Origin: an uncultured Verrucomicrobiae bacterium
GTDB taxonomy: Bacteria > Verrucomicrobiota > Verrucomicrobiia > Chthoniobacterales > UBA10450
DNA: 64,000 nt
NCBI GenBank assembly: GCA_963726745.1
Contig: CAVSDR010000006.1
Coordinates: forward strand, 96,001-160,000
Direction: 5' to 3'
Shown here: positions 52,264 to 64,000 of the stretch, piece after piece
Position numbering within the stretch: the first letter of the stretch is position 1
Layout: the number at the start of each line of letters is the position of its first letter
Made by a program: the position numbers and the translations under genes
The notes under the pieces: model-generated
Told to the model about the DNA's origin: nothing
The model's input: only the letters and a program-made list of their open reading frames with translations
The model's database searches: none

Positions 52264-53378
52264 GTGCGCGTTTCTGGCCTGGTCATCACTCATCAACTCA
52301 GTGCGCACGCCATTGCCTGGATGGCGGAAGTCGCCAAGTTAACCGACGAACTGGTGGTCGTGGTGGCGGAGGAACGTGCGCAACCCGAAGTCATCGCGCG
52401 CTTCGAGACTCTGGGGGCGCGCGTTATCCGTCCGCATTGGTCAGGCTTTTATCCGTCCCAGGAAGAGTCGCGCGAGATGATGGCGGCCTGCCGCGGCGAT
52501 TGGATCCTGAAAGTCGATCACGATGAGGAGCTGAGCCCGGAGTGGCATGATCCTTCCTGGCGCCAAGTTTTGCGCTCGAGTGAGTTCACCCATTTCTGGC
52601 TCCCGCGGCGCTGGGCGCTCGCGTCCGGCGAGTTTCTCGATGACGAACCGTGGCGGCCGGACTGGCAGTTGCGTCTGCTCCGAAATTGCCCGGAAGAAGA
52701 TGTTCTTCGCTCAGCAGTTGCACGAATCGATGACCATGGAGGGGCCCGGTGGATATCTGCGCACGCTCGGTTTGCATCATCACGATCTCTGGCTTTGTTC
52801 GCGGGAGGTTCGCGCGCGGAAAGCACGAATTTACGAAGAACTCCGGCCGGGCAATGGGCTGGGCTATTTCTACCTTTACGAAAACTGGACGGTCAAAACG
52901 GGCTCCGCATTCCGAGGATCAGTCGAGTTAGAACTCGAGCGCGAAGTGCTTGCGCATGGAAGCGCTGACCGCGGCAGCCTGCCACGGGATTTCGCTCGCG
53001 GCTTCAGTCCCACCGCGCTCGCTCGGCGCCGGGGAACTATTCTGGCTCGAGGTGGAAATCACAAATGAGCTCCGGCGAGACACTTCGCTTCGGCACGCCT
53101 CATCCGCTTAATCTGTCCTATCATTGGCTGCATGCCCATCGCGCGCGGCGGCAATTTTCGACGGCTTACGGAGCGCGCTCCTCCCGGAGTTGGCGTCCGG
53201 CGGAGAAGCGATCCTAGCGGATGTTTCTGCGCGCGCCCACCGAGACCGGTGATTACGTGCTGCAATTGACCGTGGTGCAGGAAGGCGTGCGCTGGCTGGA
53301 GGCGGTGAACTCGGATTTGGTCGTGGAATTTGCCGTCACGGTTGCGCCTGCCCAGCGTGTAAGGGTTGGGTCGCGTGA
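52264..53378 (+). CDS. Glycosyltransferase family 2-like protein with C-terminal Ig-like domain, multiple frameshifts (end approximate)
   Basis: DWILKVDHDEEL, PDWQLRL, HHHDL, GDYVLQLTVVQEGVRW in successive frames. Confidence 0.62.
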
Positions 53379-54306
53379 GGACGCTTCGACAGCTCGGCGG
53401 CGGCTATGCGCACCCGGGCTACGCGCGCGCGTTAGCGGAATTTGGCCGCCCGCGGGCGCTGGCCGCCAGCGGCGGCTGGGTGTTGGAGCGGGCCATCCCG
53501 GACGCGGGCGCGCACGACGCGATGGGATGTTATCCGCTCTTTGCCTGCCACCACTGGGCCGGCCTGCGGGAGGATCTGGCGCTCCTCGCCGGTCGACTCG
53601 TTAGTCTAACGCTCGTGACCGATCCTTTCGGGGATTATACCGAACCATTGTTGCACGAAATCTTCCCGGACCTCGTCTCTCGATTTAAGCAGCATTTTGT
53701 CGCACGGCTTGGACCAGCCCGGCGCAGGATTTTGTTTCGTCGCATCACCGTTATTATGCGCAGCGAGCGCTGGCTCGGGTGCAGGTGGAACATTGTCCCG
53801 ATCCTCCATCTCTCTTGCGCGAATGGTGCGTCCTTTATGCAAATCTCGTGAGGCGTCACCGGGATCACGGGATTCAAGCGTTTTCGGAAGACTCATTCGC
53901 CCGGCAACTGGCGCTTCCGGGCGTGATCGCTTTTCGCGCCTCTTCCAGGGTGAAACCGTCGGGGTGCATCTCTGGCTGGTGGACGGGGAGGTGGCCTATT
54001 CCCATCTGGCGGCGACGAGTGATCCGGCTACGAGCTGATGGCGGCCTACGCGCTGCACTGGCAGGCGTTGGATTTTTTTGCCGAGCGCGTTCGTTATCTT
54101 GACTGGGGTGGCGGCGCGGGCCTGCGGGTGGAAGGCGAGGACGATGGCTGGCGCGCTTCAAACGCGGCTGGGCCAACGAAACCCGGATGGCCTTTCTCTG
54201 CGGCCGAATCTTGGACCCGCAAGAATATCGCCGCATCTGCGCAACCCGCGAGCGCTCGGCGACGACGAGCTACTTCCCGGCCTATCGCGCGGGCGAGTTT
54301 CACTAA
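53375..54306 (+). CDS. GNAT/FemAB-like acyltransferase, multiple frameshifts
   Basis: GYAHPGYARALAEFG, DAMGCYPLF, AYSHLAA, LDWGGGAG, YFPAYRAGEFH*. Confidence 0.62.
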
Positions 54307-54350
54307 CAGTCGATTTGCGCTCCGCGCGATTGCGCTTATCCAACGTAGTC

Positions 54351-55031
54351 GTGGCCAAAGTTATCATCTTCGGTGTCGGTCAATGGGCCGAACTGGCGCA
54401 TTTTTATCTAACGCACGATTCGCCGCATGAAGTCGTCGGCTTCACCCTCGACGCCGCCTATCTTTCCGAGCCGCATTTCCGCGGGCTGCCCGTCGTCCCG
54501 TTCGAGACCGTCACAGAGAAGTTCCCGCCGGATACTTTCGCCATGTTTCTCCCACTCAGTTTCAAGAAGATGAACCACCTGCGCGCGGAGAAATACGAAC
54601 AGGCCAAGGCCAAGGGCTATGGTTTGATCAGCTATGTAAGCTCGAAGGCGACGATCTGGCCGGACTTCGTTTGCGGCGAGAATTGTTTCATTTTCGAAGA
54701 CAATACGATCCAGCCGTTCGTCACTCTCGGGAATAATATCGTCCTCTGGAGCGGGAACCACATCGGGCATCACACCGTCATTCAAGATCACGTAATGGTC
54801 ACTTCACACGTCGTCATCTCCGGTTGCTGCACGATCGAGCCGTTCTGTTTCTTCGGGGTCAACTCGACGGTCCGCGACGAGACGATCGTGGCGCACGACA
54901 CGCTCGTTGGCGCCGGCGCCTTGATCTTGAAAGACACAAAGCCATTCGAGCTTTACAAGGCTGCGGCTTCCACGCCCGCCAAAATCCGCAGCGATCAAAT
55001 TCGCAGCCTGTCGCACAAATCCAAGGGATGA
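54351..55031 (+). CDS. NeuD/PglD-family hexapeptide sugar acetyltransferase
   Basis: VIIFGVG, GENCFIFEDNTIQPF, WSGNHIGHH hexapeptide repeats. Confidence 0.88.
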   Translation: MAKVIIFGVGQWAELAHFYLTHDSPHEVVGFTLDAAYLSEPHFRGLPVVPFETVTEKFPPDTFAMFLPLSFKKMNHLRAEKYEQAKAKGYGLISYVSSKATIWPDFVCGENCFIFEDNTIQPFVTLGNNIVLWSGNHIGHHTVIQDHVMVTSHVVISGCCTIEPFCFFGVNSTVRDETIVAHDTLVGAGALILKDTKPFELYKAAASTPAKIRSDQIRSLSHKSKG

Positions 55032-55983
55032 CCCAGGCGATGCGCTGGGAAAAGAAAGGACTCCTCTTTCACGTCGACGGGCAATCCGATTGGATGGCGC
55101 ATCACGCCTGCGTGCCGGTGGTGGATAAGATCAGCCCGGAGCGGCTGCGGGTTTACTTCGCTCCGCGCGATCGCCAGGGGCGCAGTCGCGTGGCCTTCAT
55201 CGAGGTCGAAGCGGATGATCCTTCCCGGGTTCTGTATGTGCACGACCGGCCGGCGCTCGACCTCGGATCGGTCGGTTGCTTTGACGACAGCGGCGTCATG
55301 CCTTCGAGCCTGGTGGAATTTGGCGGGCGGAAATTTCTCTTCTACATCGGATGGAATCCGGGCGTGACCGTGCCCTATCGCAACGCCATCGGCCTGGCCG
55401 TCAGCGACGATGGCGGCGTCAGCTTTAAGCGGATGTTCGAAGGCCCGGTAGTCGATCGTAACCGGCTCGAGCCTTACTTCTGCGCCTCCCCGTTCGCCCT
55501 GCTCGATGGCGGCACCTGGAAACTTTGGTATGCCTCCAGCACCGGATTCGTCCGCGTGCAGGACAAGCTGGAGCCGGTCTACCAGATCAAATACGCCGAA
55601 TCAGCCAACGGCTGGGACTGGGTGCGCTCCAATACCGTCTGCATCCCCTACAGTTTCGATGGCGAAGCCAATGCGCGCCCGTGCGTCCTGCGCACACCGG
55701 ATGGTTATCGCATGTGGTATTGCTTCCGCGGAAGTGTCAATTATCGCACCGATAAGAGAACAAAGTTACCGACTCGGCTACGCGGAATCGTCCGACGGGA
55801 TTCAGTGGACGCGGCTGGATGAGCGCGCCGGCCTGGAGCGTTCCGCGGAAGGCTGGGACTCTCAAATGATCGCCTATCCTTATGTCTACGAGCACGCCGG
55901 GCGGCTCTTCATGTTTTATAACGGCAACGGTTTTGGCGCTACCGGCATCGGTTACGCGGTCCTGGGGGATCGCCGCGCCCTGA
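55028..55983 (+). CDS. Five-bladed beta-propeller glycosidase-like protein of glycan clusters, frameshifted
   Basis: WEKKGLLF, FDDSGVMP, YIGWN, IKYAES.NG..W, WDSQMIAYP, MFYNGNGFGATGIGYA. Confidence 0.75.
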
Positions 55984-55986
55984 GCG

Positions 55987-56795
55987 ATGGCCGCCGGTTT
56001 TCGTTCGCCTGCGCAGGTGGCGCGCCGGCTTCGCATCCTCCCGCTGGCTCGCCGGCAGTTGCAAAATTGGGCCTCGTTCGTTTGGCATTACGCGCTTGGA
56101 TTTACACCCGCCGGTCCCTACCGCTTTCGCAATGGCGCCAGCCTGCAAATCGCGCGCGCGCTCGACCACGTCCCGCTGATCGAGATTTTCCTGCGACAGG
56201 ACTACGGCCAGATCGAAGACCGCGCGGTCATTCTCGATCTTGGGGCGAATATTGGCGTCTTCTCCGTTTACGCCGCCAGTCACGCGCGCGGCGTGCAGGT
56301 TTACGCCTATGAACCATGGCCGGCCTTCTTTGAGTTGCTCCAGGCCAACATTCGCCGAAACGGCCAGGAAAAAATCGTGCGCTGCTATAATTTCGCGGTC
56401 GCGGCCAGCCCGGCGAATCGTGATCTGCTGGTGGAGGGATGCGACGTGTTCTTCCCGCGCCTCTTGGGGGTCGCGGAAAGACCCGCCGGGGCGACGCAGG
56501 TGCACTCCGTTCCCTGCACCGACCCTGGCCGAGATCCTGGCGACCAATGCGCTTGAGCGCGTCGACCTGCTGAAGATGGATTGCGAAGGCTCCGAATACG
56601 ACATCCTCTACGCGGCGCCGCCGGAGGTGCTCGCACGAATCAGGGAACTGCGGCTGGAATATCACAACCGCCCGGCTCCGCGGGAAAAGGTGGAGAATCT
56701 GAGGAGATTCCTCGAGGCATCCGGCTACACTGTTGTCCATGAGGAAGCGATCTCACCGAGCCAATGGAAACCTCTGGGCCCGCCGCCTCGGCTAA
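55987..56795 (+). CDS. FkbM-family methyltransferase, frameshifted
   Basis: ILDLGANIGVFS, YAYEP; then VDLLKMDCEGSEYDIL, LEYH; ends NLWARRLG*. Confidence 0.85.
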
Positions 56796-56816
56796 CGAGT
56801 GAAAACCATTCGCGCA

Positions 56817-57639
56817 ATGACTGCAATCGAACAATACCGCGAGCACGGCTTCCTACTCCGGCCGGCCTTCTTCAACCCGGAGGAAATTGCGCGCGTGCAG
56901 ACCGAGGCGAAGGAAATCTTCCTCGCACAAATGCATCGGTACGGGTTCGGCCCACCTTCGCTGGAGGACGAGCGCGGCCTTTGCCGAGGCGATGGCGCGC
57001 CTCTTCCAGGAAGACCTGTCCAGCTTCACCAACTGCGGCAAGCAGGCCCAGCATCTCGTCTCGCTCCACCGCCTCTCGCTCGATCAGCGATTGCTCGCGG
57101 AATTAACCGAACTCGGCCTCGAGCAGCCAAACATCAGCACCCGCCCGCTGCTCTATTTTAACTCGCCGCGCCTGGCCAAAAAGGAAGTCTACTGGCGGCT
57201 TGAGGTGCATCAGGATTGGCGCAGCATGCAGGGCTCACTCGATTCCATGGTCGTCTGGATCCCTTTGATGGACATCGATGTGCAACTCGGCGCGCTCGAA
57301 ATTATCCCGGGGAGCCATTTGCGCGGCTTGCTCGAGGCCGAGATGGTGGACGGCTACGGCCACCTGCGCGCCGAGATCGACCCCGCGAGCTTTCTGCCGG
57401 TGGAAGTGAAACGGGGCGACGCGCTCTTCTTCTCCTCCTTCCTGCTCCATCGCTCCGGGACGAACACGACCGACGCGATCCGGTGGTCGTGTCATTTCCG
57501 CTACAACAATCTCGCGGAAGCGACGTTCATCGAGCGCGGATTTCCCCACCCCTATCTCTACCGCCCGCAGGAAGAATTGATCACACCGGATTTTCCGGCG
57601 CCTGCTCAGGTAAAGCACATTTTCCGTCCGCGCCCATGA
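56817..57639 (+). CDS. Phytanoyl-CoA dioxygenase-family Fe/2OG oxygenase, frameshift near 56980
   Basis: YREHGFL; HQDW, WIPL, GALEIIPGSH, GDALFF..LLHRSG.N...RWS. Confidence 0.85.
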
Positions 57640-58838
57640 TCGAGCCAAATGCCGCCGCCGCTGGCATTGCCCACCTGCCCGCGCGCCTTCCGGATGCTTT
57701 GCATGTCGGCCGGCCAAACGTGGGCGACCGCGCGCGCTTCCTCGCCCGGGTCAACGACATCCTGGAGAACAACTGGCTAACGAACGCCGGTCCCTACGTC
57801 CAGGAATTCGAGCGGCGGGTGGCGGAGATGCTGGACGTGGAGCATTGCGTTGCCATCTGCAATGCAACCATTGCGCTTAGCCTGGTGACACGCGCGCTTG
57901 ATCTCGAAGGCGAAGTCATCATGCCGTCGTTTACCTTCGTCGCCACCGCCCATGCTCTGCAGTGGCAACGAATCAGGCCGGTTTTTTGCGACGTCGATCC
58001 CGAGACGCACAATATTGATCCCGCCCAAATCGAATCCCTGATCACGCCGCGGACGAGCGGCATCCTCGGGGTGCACTTGTGGGGCCGCGCCTGCGCGATC
58101 GATCAACTCGAAGCCATCGCGCGGAAGCATTCGTTGCAGCTCCTCTTCGATGCCGCGCACGCCTTTGGCTGCACCCATCGCGGGCAGATGATCGGCGGCT
58201 TCGGGCGCGCGGAAGTCTTCAGTTTCCACGCGACTAAATTCATCAACACGCTCGAGGGCGGATTGGTAGCGACGAATGACGCTGAGCTGGCCGCGAAGCT
58301 GCGTTTCATGAAAAATTTCGGTTTCAGCGATTACGACCGGGTCGATTACCTCGGGATCAATGGGAAGATGAACGAAGTCTCAGCCGCCATGGGCCTGACC
58401 AATCTCGACGCCTTCGATGAATTCATGGCCGCGAATCGTCGCAATCACGACTGCTATCGGGCGGGCCTGCAATCCTGCCGGGGCCTGCGCTTGCTTTCCT
58501 TCGGTGACGGGGAGCAGCACAACTATCACTACATCGTGCTCGAGGTGGACGAGCGCGAGAGCGGAATCACCCGAGATCAGATCGTCCGGGAATTGCAGGG
58601 CCACCAGATCATCGCGCGCCGCTATTTCTACCCGGGCTGTCACCGCTTCGAACCCTACCGCAGCCAGGAACCGGATGCCGGCCGCCGATTGCCCCAGACC
58701 GAGCGCCTGGCCGCGCGCCTGATTTGTTTGCCGACGGGCTCGACCATCGGCGCGACTGAAATCGATCGCGTCTGCGGATTGCTCCGACAGATGGTCGGCC
58801 AAACGGCGCGCGAGCCGAGCGCTCCAACGTCTCGTTAG
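57636..58838 (+). CDS. DegT/DnrJ sugar aminotransferase (VioA/DesI-like)
   Basis: [41 protein letters not shown]. Confidence 0.92.
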   Translation: MIEPNAAAAGIAHLPARLPDALHVGRPNVGDRARFLARVNDILENNWLTNAGPYVQEFERRVAEMLDVEHCVAICNATIALSLVTRALDLEGEVIMPSFTFVATAHALQWQRIRPVFCDVDPETHNIDPAQIESLITPRTSGILGVHLWGRACAIDQLEAIARKHSLQLLFDAAHAFGCTHRGQMIGGFGRAEVFSFHATKFINTLEGGLVATNDAELAAKLRFMKNFGFSDYDRVDYLGINGKMNEVSAAMGLTNLDAFDEFMAANRRNHDCYRAGLQSCRGLRLLSFGDGEQHNYHYIVLEVDERESGITRDQIVRELQGHQIIARRYFYPGCHRFEPYRSQEPDAGRRLPQTERLAARLICLPTGSTIGATEIDRVCGLLRQMVGQTAREPSAPTSR

Positions 58839-60074
58839 GCGGACAACCCGGCCAGGCGCCGCCCCACTTCCTCGGCATTGGCCCGGCTGTTAAAGGCGGA
58901 GATGCGAAAATAGCCTTCGCCGCAGGAACCGAAACCGCTTCCCGGAGTGATGACCACGTGGAGATCATGCAGCATGCGGTCGAACATTTCCCAGCTCGTT
59001 AGGCCGCCCGGCGTCTTGACCCAGATGTAGGGCGCGTTCTGGCCGCCGTGGACTTCGAGGCCGGCGCCCTTGGCCGCCGCGGAGAGGATGCGCGCGTTGC
59101 CCATGTAATGCTCCACCAGCTCGCGCACCTGCGCCTTGCCCTCCGGCGCTGTAGAGCGATTCCGCTCCGCGCTGCACTGGATAGCTCACACTGTTCGCCT
59201 TTGTGCTCCAGCGACGATGCCAGAGCGGGTGCAGCGGGAGCCAGCGGCCGTCCGGCGTCTGCAGGTGAAGCTTTTTCGACATGACGGTGAAACCGCAACG
59301 CACCCCGGTAAAGCCGCCGGTCTTGGAAAAGCTGCGGAATTCCACCGCGCATTCCTCCGCGCGGGGAATTTCAAAGATCGAATGCGGGATTTCCGGGTCG
59401 CTGATGTAGGCCTCATAGGCCGCGTCGTAGAGCAGCACTGCCTTGTGCTCGCGGGCCCATTCGACCCAGCGCGTGAGCTGCGCGCGCGTAGCCACGGCGC
59501 CGGTGGGATTATTCGGGAAACAGAGATAGACCAGATCGGCGTGCTCGTTAGGCGGCTCCGGCACGAAGCCGTTTTCGGCCCGGCACGGGAGATAGATGAT
59601 GCCCTCGTAGCGTCCATCTTTACCCGCCGGGCCGGTGTGGCCCGCCATCACATTGGTATCGACGTAGACCGGGTAAACCGGGTCGGTAATCGCGATCCGG
59701 TTCTGGTGGCCAAGGACATCGAGGATGTAACCGCAATCGCTCTTCGAGCCGTCGGAGAGGAAAATCTCGTCGGGCGCGATCTTGATCCCGCGCGCGCGAT
59801 AATCCTGCTGGCTAATTTTCTCGCGCAGGAACTCGTAGCCCTGTTCATGCCCGTAGCCACGGAAGGTTTCGCGGTGGCCCAGCTCCTCGACCGCCGCGTG
59901 CATCGCATCGATCGCCGCGCGCGGGAGCGCCTCGGTCACATCGCCGACGCCGCAGCGGATGATGTCCGCGGTGGCGTCTGGATGTTGCTGGCAAAATTCT
60001 TTTACCCGCCGCCCGATCTCGGGAAAGAGATATCCGGCCTGAAGCTTGAGATAATTGTCGTTGAGATAGGCCAT
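58835..60074 (-). CDS. dapL: LL-diaminopimelate aminotransferase, frameshift near 59140
   Basis: [69 protein letters not shown]. Confidence 0.94.
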
Positions 60075-60135
60075 AAAGGAAAAATCCCTGCAACTAGCGG
60101 GCACGCCGCAGCTGCAGGGATGAAGAAACTGCCGG

Positions 60136-60747
60136 CTATTTTGCCGACTCGTAGCGCTTCGAAACTTCCGACCAGTTGACCGTATTCCACCAGGCCTTCA
60201 GGTAATCCGGCCGGCGGTTCTGGTAGTTCAGGTAATAAGCGTGTTCCCACACGTCCACGCCGACGATCGGCGTGTGGCCTTCCATCAGGGGGCTGTCCTG
60301 ATTCGGGGTGGAGATGATCTCGAGCTTGCCGCTCTTGTTCTTCACCAGCCAGGCCCAGCCGCTGCCGAAACGTCCGGCGCCGGCGGCGGCGAGCTTCTCC
60401 TTGAACTCATCGAAGCTGCCGAAGGTGGATTTGATGTCGTCGGCTAATTTTCCGGTCGGCTCGCCGCCGCCGTTCGGCCCCATGATCTGCCAGAAGAACG
60501 AGTGGTTCGCGTGGCCGCCGCCGTTGTTGCGCACAACGGTGCGGATGTTTTCCGGGACCGCGTCGAGGTTGCTGATTAAATCTTCCACCGACTTGTTCGC
60601 CAGCTCGGGGTGATCCTTGAGCGCGTTGTTGACGTTGGTGATGTAAGCCTGGTGGTGCTTGGTGTGATGGATTTCCATCGTGCGCGCGTCGATGTGCGGC
60701 TCGAGCGCGTCGTAGGCGTAGGGGAGTTTCGGTAATTCGTAAGCCAT
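60136..60747 (-). CDS. sodA: Superoxide dismutase, Mn-type signatures
   Basis: [35 protein letters not shown]. Confidence 0.95.
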   Translation of the reverse strand: MAYELPKLPYAYDALEPHIDARTMEIHHTKHHQAYITNVNNALKDHPELANKSVEDLISNLDAVPENIRTVVRNNGGGHANHSFFWQIMGPNGGGEPTGKLADDIKSTFGSFDEFKEKLAAAGAGRFGSGWAWLVKNKSGKLEIISTPNQDSPLMEGHTPIVGVDVWEHAYYLNYQNRRPDYLKAWWNTVNWSEVSKRYESAK

Positions 60748-60783
60748 AGGCCTAACGATTCGGCACGAAACCGGAGCCGTCAA

Positions 60784-62781
60784 TTAACGGCAGCGATAGA
60801 AGCTCGGATAATGCCCGCGGCCGGTGCGGTAGTTGGCGTAGGTTGCCAGCGCCATCAGCGGGAAATTCTGCCGGTACATGTCGTACTTGAGATAAAACAC
60901 GCGCGGAAAACCGGTCCCGGTGACCTGCGGTTCGTCCCACGCGCCATCTTCTTTCTGCGTATTGATGAGATAACGCAGGCCGCGCTGGACGCTGGCGCGC
61001 TCGAGATCACCGCACGCACAAATGCCCATGAGCGCCCAAGCCGTCTGCGAAGCCGTGCTCTCGCCTTTGCCCTTGAGCGTGAGGTCGTCGTAGCTCGCGC
61101 AAGTTTCGCCCCAGCCGCCATCGGGATTTTGGCAGCTCTCCAGCCAATCGCGCCCGCGCAGGATCCAATCCTGCGACATGTCCTCGCGGATCGCCCGCAG
61201 CCCGCGCAGCACCTGCCACGTCCCGTAAATGTAGTTCACGCCCCAGCGGCCATACCAGGAGCCGTCGTCGTCCTGCGTGTCGATCAGGTATTGCACCGCG
61301 CGCCGCACGCAGGATTGCTGCACGTCGAAGCCGATGTAGCCGAAAAGCTCGAGCGTGCGCGCGGTCAGGTCGCTGCAGGTCGGGTCGAGGATGGCGTTGT
61401 GATCGGCGAACGGCATGTCCTCGAGCCAGCGTTGCGTGACTTCCTTGTCGAACGCGGCCCAGCCGCCGTCGCGGCATTGGAAGCTGAGCTGCCAGCCGAG
61501 CGCGCGCTGGAAGAGCGCGTCGAGCGCCTTCTGGTCGTTAGGCCGGACGAGGCGCAGGCCCATCAAGACCATCGCAGTGTCGTCCGTGTCCGGGTAATAG
61601 ACGTTGTTGTATTCGAAAGCCCAGCCGCTCGCCTTCGGGTAGGAATTGTTCTGCGCCCAGTCACCGCGGATGCGGACCTCTTTGTCCACCAGCCACTCGG
61701 CCGCCTTCCGCATCGCCGGATGGTCCGCCGGCACGCCGGATTCACCCAGCGCAATCAGGTTGATCGCCGTATCCCAGACCGGCGAAAGGCAGGGTTGAAT
61801 GCGGATGTCCTCCGGATCATCGACGAAGAGCTCGTGGAAATCCTTCCACGCTTTCACATAGGCCGGATGCGTCTTCTCGTAGCCGAGCGCGTGCAGGGCG
61901 ATGAGTGCATTGAGCATCGCCGGGAAAACCGCCGCGAGCCCATCGCTCCCTTCGCCGATTCGCTCGAGCATCCAGCGCTCCGCTTCCTCGAGCGCGCGCT
62001 GCCGCATCGGCCGCCAGCCGACGCGCGAGATGATCTTGAAAGCGCGATCCGCGCGCAGGAAAAGATTTCGCCAGGCAAAGAAACGCCGGTGCCGCGGGAG
62101 GGTGAAATCATTTTGCTCCGTGCCCACCGGGTAGAGCTCGTGGAGCTGCTTGTCATCGGAGAGCTCACGGGTGGGCTTGAAGTGATTGATGATCGCGAGC
62201 GGCACCAGCATGGCCCGGCTCCAGGAAGACATCTTGTAGATGTGGAACGGGAACCACTGCGGGAAGAGGATCATCTCCACCGGGATCGACGGCAGGTAAT
62301 GCCACGGAAATTGCCCCAGCAAAGCGAGGTAGAGCTTGCTGAAGGTGTTCATCGCGGGAATGCCGCCAAGGCGCAGGATATTTGCCCGCGCCTCCTGCAT
62401 GAACGGCTGCTCCGGCGCGTGGCCCGCAAGCTTGAGCGCGAAATAAGCTTTAGCCGACGCGTTCACTTCGCTCGGCCCGCCGTAGTAGATGTTCCAACCG
62501 CCATCGGGCAGCTGACGTTTGAGAATATGGAGCACGCAACGTTGCTGCAGCGCCTCGTCCACCTCGCCCAGCCAGTGCATGAAGAGCACGTAGTCGGAGC
62601 AGAGCGTGCTATCGACGATCAGCTCGCCGCACCAATGTCCGTCAGGCTTTTGCTGGCGCAGGAGATTGTCCTGCGCCCGGCGGATTGCATCGCGAATCTC
62701 GGGCAAGGGCGGCGCGTAAGCCGCTGCCGAGGCCGGCGACGCGCTAGGCAGCGGGATGACGTTCGAAGTCGTCGGAGGCAT
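60784..62781 (-). CDS. shc: Squalene-hopene cyclase
   Basis: QW repeats, SPVWDT, YPDTDDTA (DxDD), GRWGVNYIYGT, TGTGFP. Confidence 0.96.
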   Translation of the reverse strand: MPPTTSNVIPLPSASPASAAAYAPPLPEIRDAIRRAQDNLLRQQKPDGHWCGELIVDSTLCSDYVLFMHWLGEVDEALQQRCVLHILKRQLPDGGWNIYYGGPSEVNASAKAYFALKLAGHAPEQPFMQEARANILRLGGIPAMNTFSKLYLALLGQFPWHYLPSIPVEMILFPQWFPFHIYKMSSWSRAMLVPLAIINHFKPTRELSDDKQLHELYPVGTEQNDFTLPRHRRFFAWRNLFLRADRAFKIISRVGWRPMRQRALEEAERWMLERIGEGSDGLAAVFPAMLNALIALHALGYEKTHPAYVKAWKDFHELFVDDPEDIRIQPCLSPVWDTAINLIALGESGVPADHPAMRKAAEWLVDKEVRIRGDWAQNNSYPKASGWAFEYNNVYYPDTDDTAMVLMGLRLVRPNDQKALDALFQRALGWQLSFQCRDGGWAAFDKEVTQRWLEDMPFADHNAILDPTCSDLTARTLELFGYIGFDVQQSCVRRAVQYLIDTQDDDGSWYGRWGVNYIYGTWQVLRGLRAIREDMSQDWILRGRDWLESCQNPDGGWGETCASYDDLTLKGKGESTASQTAWALMGICACGDLERASVQRGLRYLINTQKEDGAWDEPQVTGTGFPRVFYLKYDMYRQNFPLMALATYANYRTGRGHYPSFYRCR

Positions 62782-62784
62782 GCG

Positions 62785-64000
62785 TCACGACGCCACGGCT
62801 TCCACTTCGGCGCGCTTGCCAGTCAGGTGGCCGTTGCCGGAAGTGACGCCATTAAAGGCCGCGACTTCGTTGCCGCGCCCCTTCGACTCCGGCTTCTTCC
62901 CGAAGTTGAATTTGATCGTCTTCCAGGTATCGCCGCTCTGCGCATTCAAGCCCAGGCTCGCGGTCGGCTCGTAGCCGCAATGGGTCATGCAGTTCTCGCA
63001 GCGCGGATCGCGGGCCACGCCGTCGACGACGCCATATTTCTCCCAGTCGACCTTTTCCAGCAGCTCGGCGTAGCTCGCAAAATGGCCGGTGCCGTTCGTC
63101 CCGACCGCATCGGTCATGAAATAGCAGGGTGCTTTCCAGCCGGCCATGTTGCGCGTCGGGATCGCCCAGGCGGAGCAGGTCAGGTCGCGTTTGCCCGCGA
63201 GGAATTCGAAGTAAACCGGCGTGCCGAAGAAGGTGTAGCGGTTCATCCAATCTTCCATCCGCGAGAACTTCTCGACCGTGAGCTTGCGCGTGAGGAAGAA
63301 GTTTTCCGGCTGCAGGTTCAAACGCGAGATCATGTCCTTCTTGGCCGAGTCATACTCGTAGCCGGGGGTGATCGTGTGGCCGTCGACGCCGAGATCGGAG
63401 ATGAAGTCAAAGAGCTGCTCGAGCTCGTCCATGTCGGTCTCCTTGTAGACCGTGGTGTTGGTCGCCACCTGGTAGCCGAGGAGCTTGGCCATCTTGATCG
63501 CGAGCACGCATTCCTTGAAGACGCCTTCGCGTTCCACGATCAAATCATGCGTCCGCTCGAGGCCGTCGAGGTGGACATTCCAATACATCCAGTCGCTCGG
63601 CGCGATCGTGGGCGTTTTCACCTCCGACTTCGGGTCGCGAATCGCTTCCGCGTCCTTGGTCGTGATCAAATTCTGCGCGAGCAGGTCGGTGATCTTGCTG
63701 TCTAACTCCACGCGCCGTCCGCTCGCCGCTTTGCGATATTCCCCTTTCAGCCACTCGCGCATTTTCTTGCGCATGAACATCGCGTTCGTGCAGACATACA
63801 CGATCCGCTTCTGCTCGAGCAGACCTTTAATCAGCGCCTCGATGTGCGGGTAAATCAGCGGTTCGCCGCCGCAAATCGAAACCATCGGCGCCTTGCACTC
63901 GACCGCCGCGCCGAGGCAATCCTCGAGCGTCATCATGTCCTTGAGCGAGGTGGAATATTCACGAATTCGTCCGCAGCCGGTGCAGGTGAGATTGCAGGTA
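62785..64000 (-). CDS. hpnH: Radical-SAM adenosylhopane synthase HpnH; 5' end outside window
   Basis: CNLTCTGC at window edge, SICGGEPL, CTN, WKAPCY, DPRCENCMTHCGYEPTA; directly upstream of shc. Confidence 0.9.
   Translation of the reverse strand, partial: TCNLTCTGCGRIREYSTSLKDMMTLEDCLGAAVECKAPMVSICGGEPLIYPHIEALIKGLLEQKRIVYVCTNAMFMRKKMREWLKGEYRKAASGRRVELDSKITDLLAQNLITTKDAEAIRDPKSEVKTPTIAPSDWMYWNVHLDGLERTHDLIVEREGVFKECVLAIKMAKLLGYQVATNTTVYKETDMDELEQLFDFISDLGVDGHTITPGYEYDSAKKDMISRLNLQPENFFLTRKLTVEKFSRMEDWMNRYTFFGTPVYFEFLAGKRDLTCSAWAIPTRNMAGWKAPCYFMTDAVGTNGTGHFASYAELLEKVDWEKYGVVDGVARDPRCENCMTHCGYEPTASLGLNAQSGDTWKTIKFNFGKKPESKGRGNEVAAFNGVTSGNGHLTGKRAEVEAVAS

Noticed and set aside
60811..63705. 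964-aa plus-strand ORF and other long antisense ORFs (e.g. 3204-5714, 47389-48930, 42452-44074)
   Set aside because: Shadow ORFs of high-GC genes on the opposite strand, with no protein motifs.

Overview
A GC-rich (roughly 65% by eye) bacterial chromosome segment. It is most likely from a soil Verrucomicrobium (Chthoniobacterales/Spartobacteria-like), inferred from the dockerin-tailed secreted protein, the 'FFxELKRR' TolB-like/TPR protein and the RsmA-NUDIX fusion. Housekeeping genes include ftsY, lipA, recR, a clpX-like ATPase, rplI, dnaB, tkt, rsmA, aas, dapL, sodA, shc, hpnH and a tRNA-CAT. The window also holds a CheB/CheR/PAS kinase with a NarL-type regulator, two ECF sigma loci, a copper-resistance cluster (copA, cusCBA and accessories) followed by an Fe-S mini-operon, and a surface-glycan modification cluster. 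At least 15 genes, including normally essential ones, are broken by single-base indels, which points to long-read assembly error. No integrase, transposase, CRISPR array or prophage was seen. The strongest unexplained signal is a non-palindromic 9-mer, TCGTTAG[G/C/T]C. By manual count its 7-nt core occurs at least 39 times on both strands (26 as exact TCGTTAGGC), inside genes in several frames through rare codons and often forming stop codons. This resembles a DNA-uptake sequence or a genome-wide protein-binding signal. Other leads are a DnaA-box cluster before rsmA, a Cys-rich leader ORF plus structured RNA ahead of cusCBA, a Spinster-type MFS paired with aas, and several apparent pseudo-enzymes.
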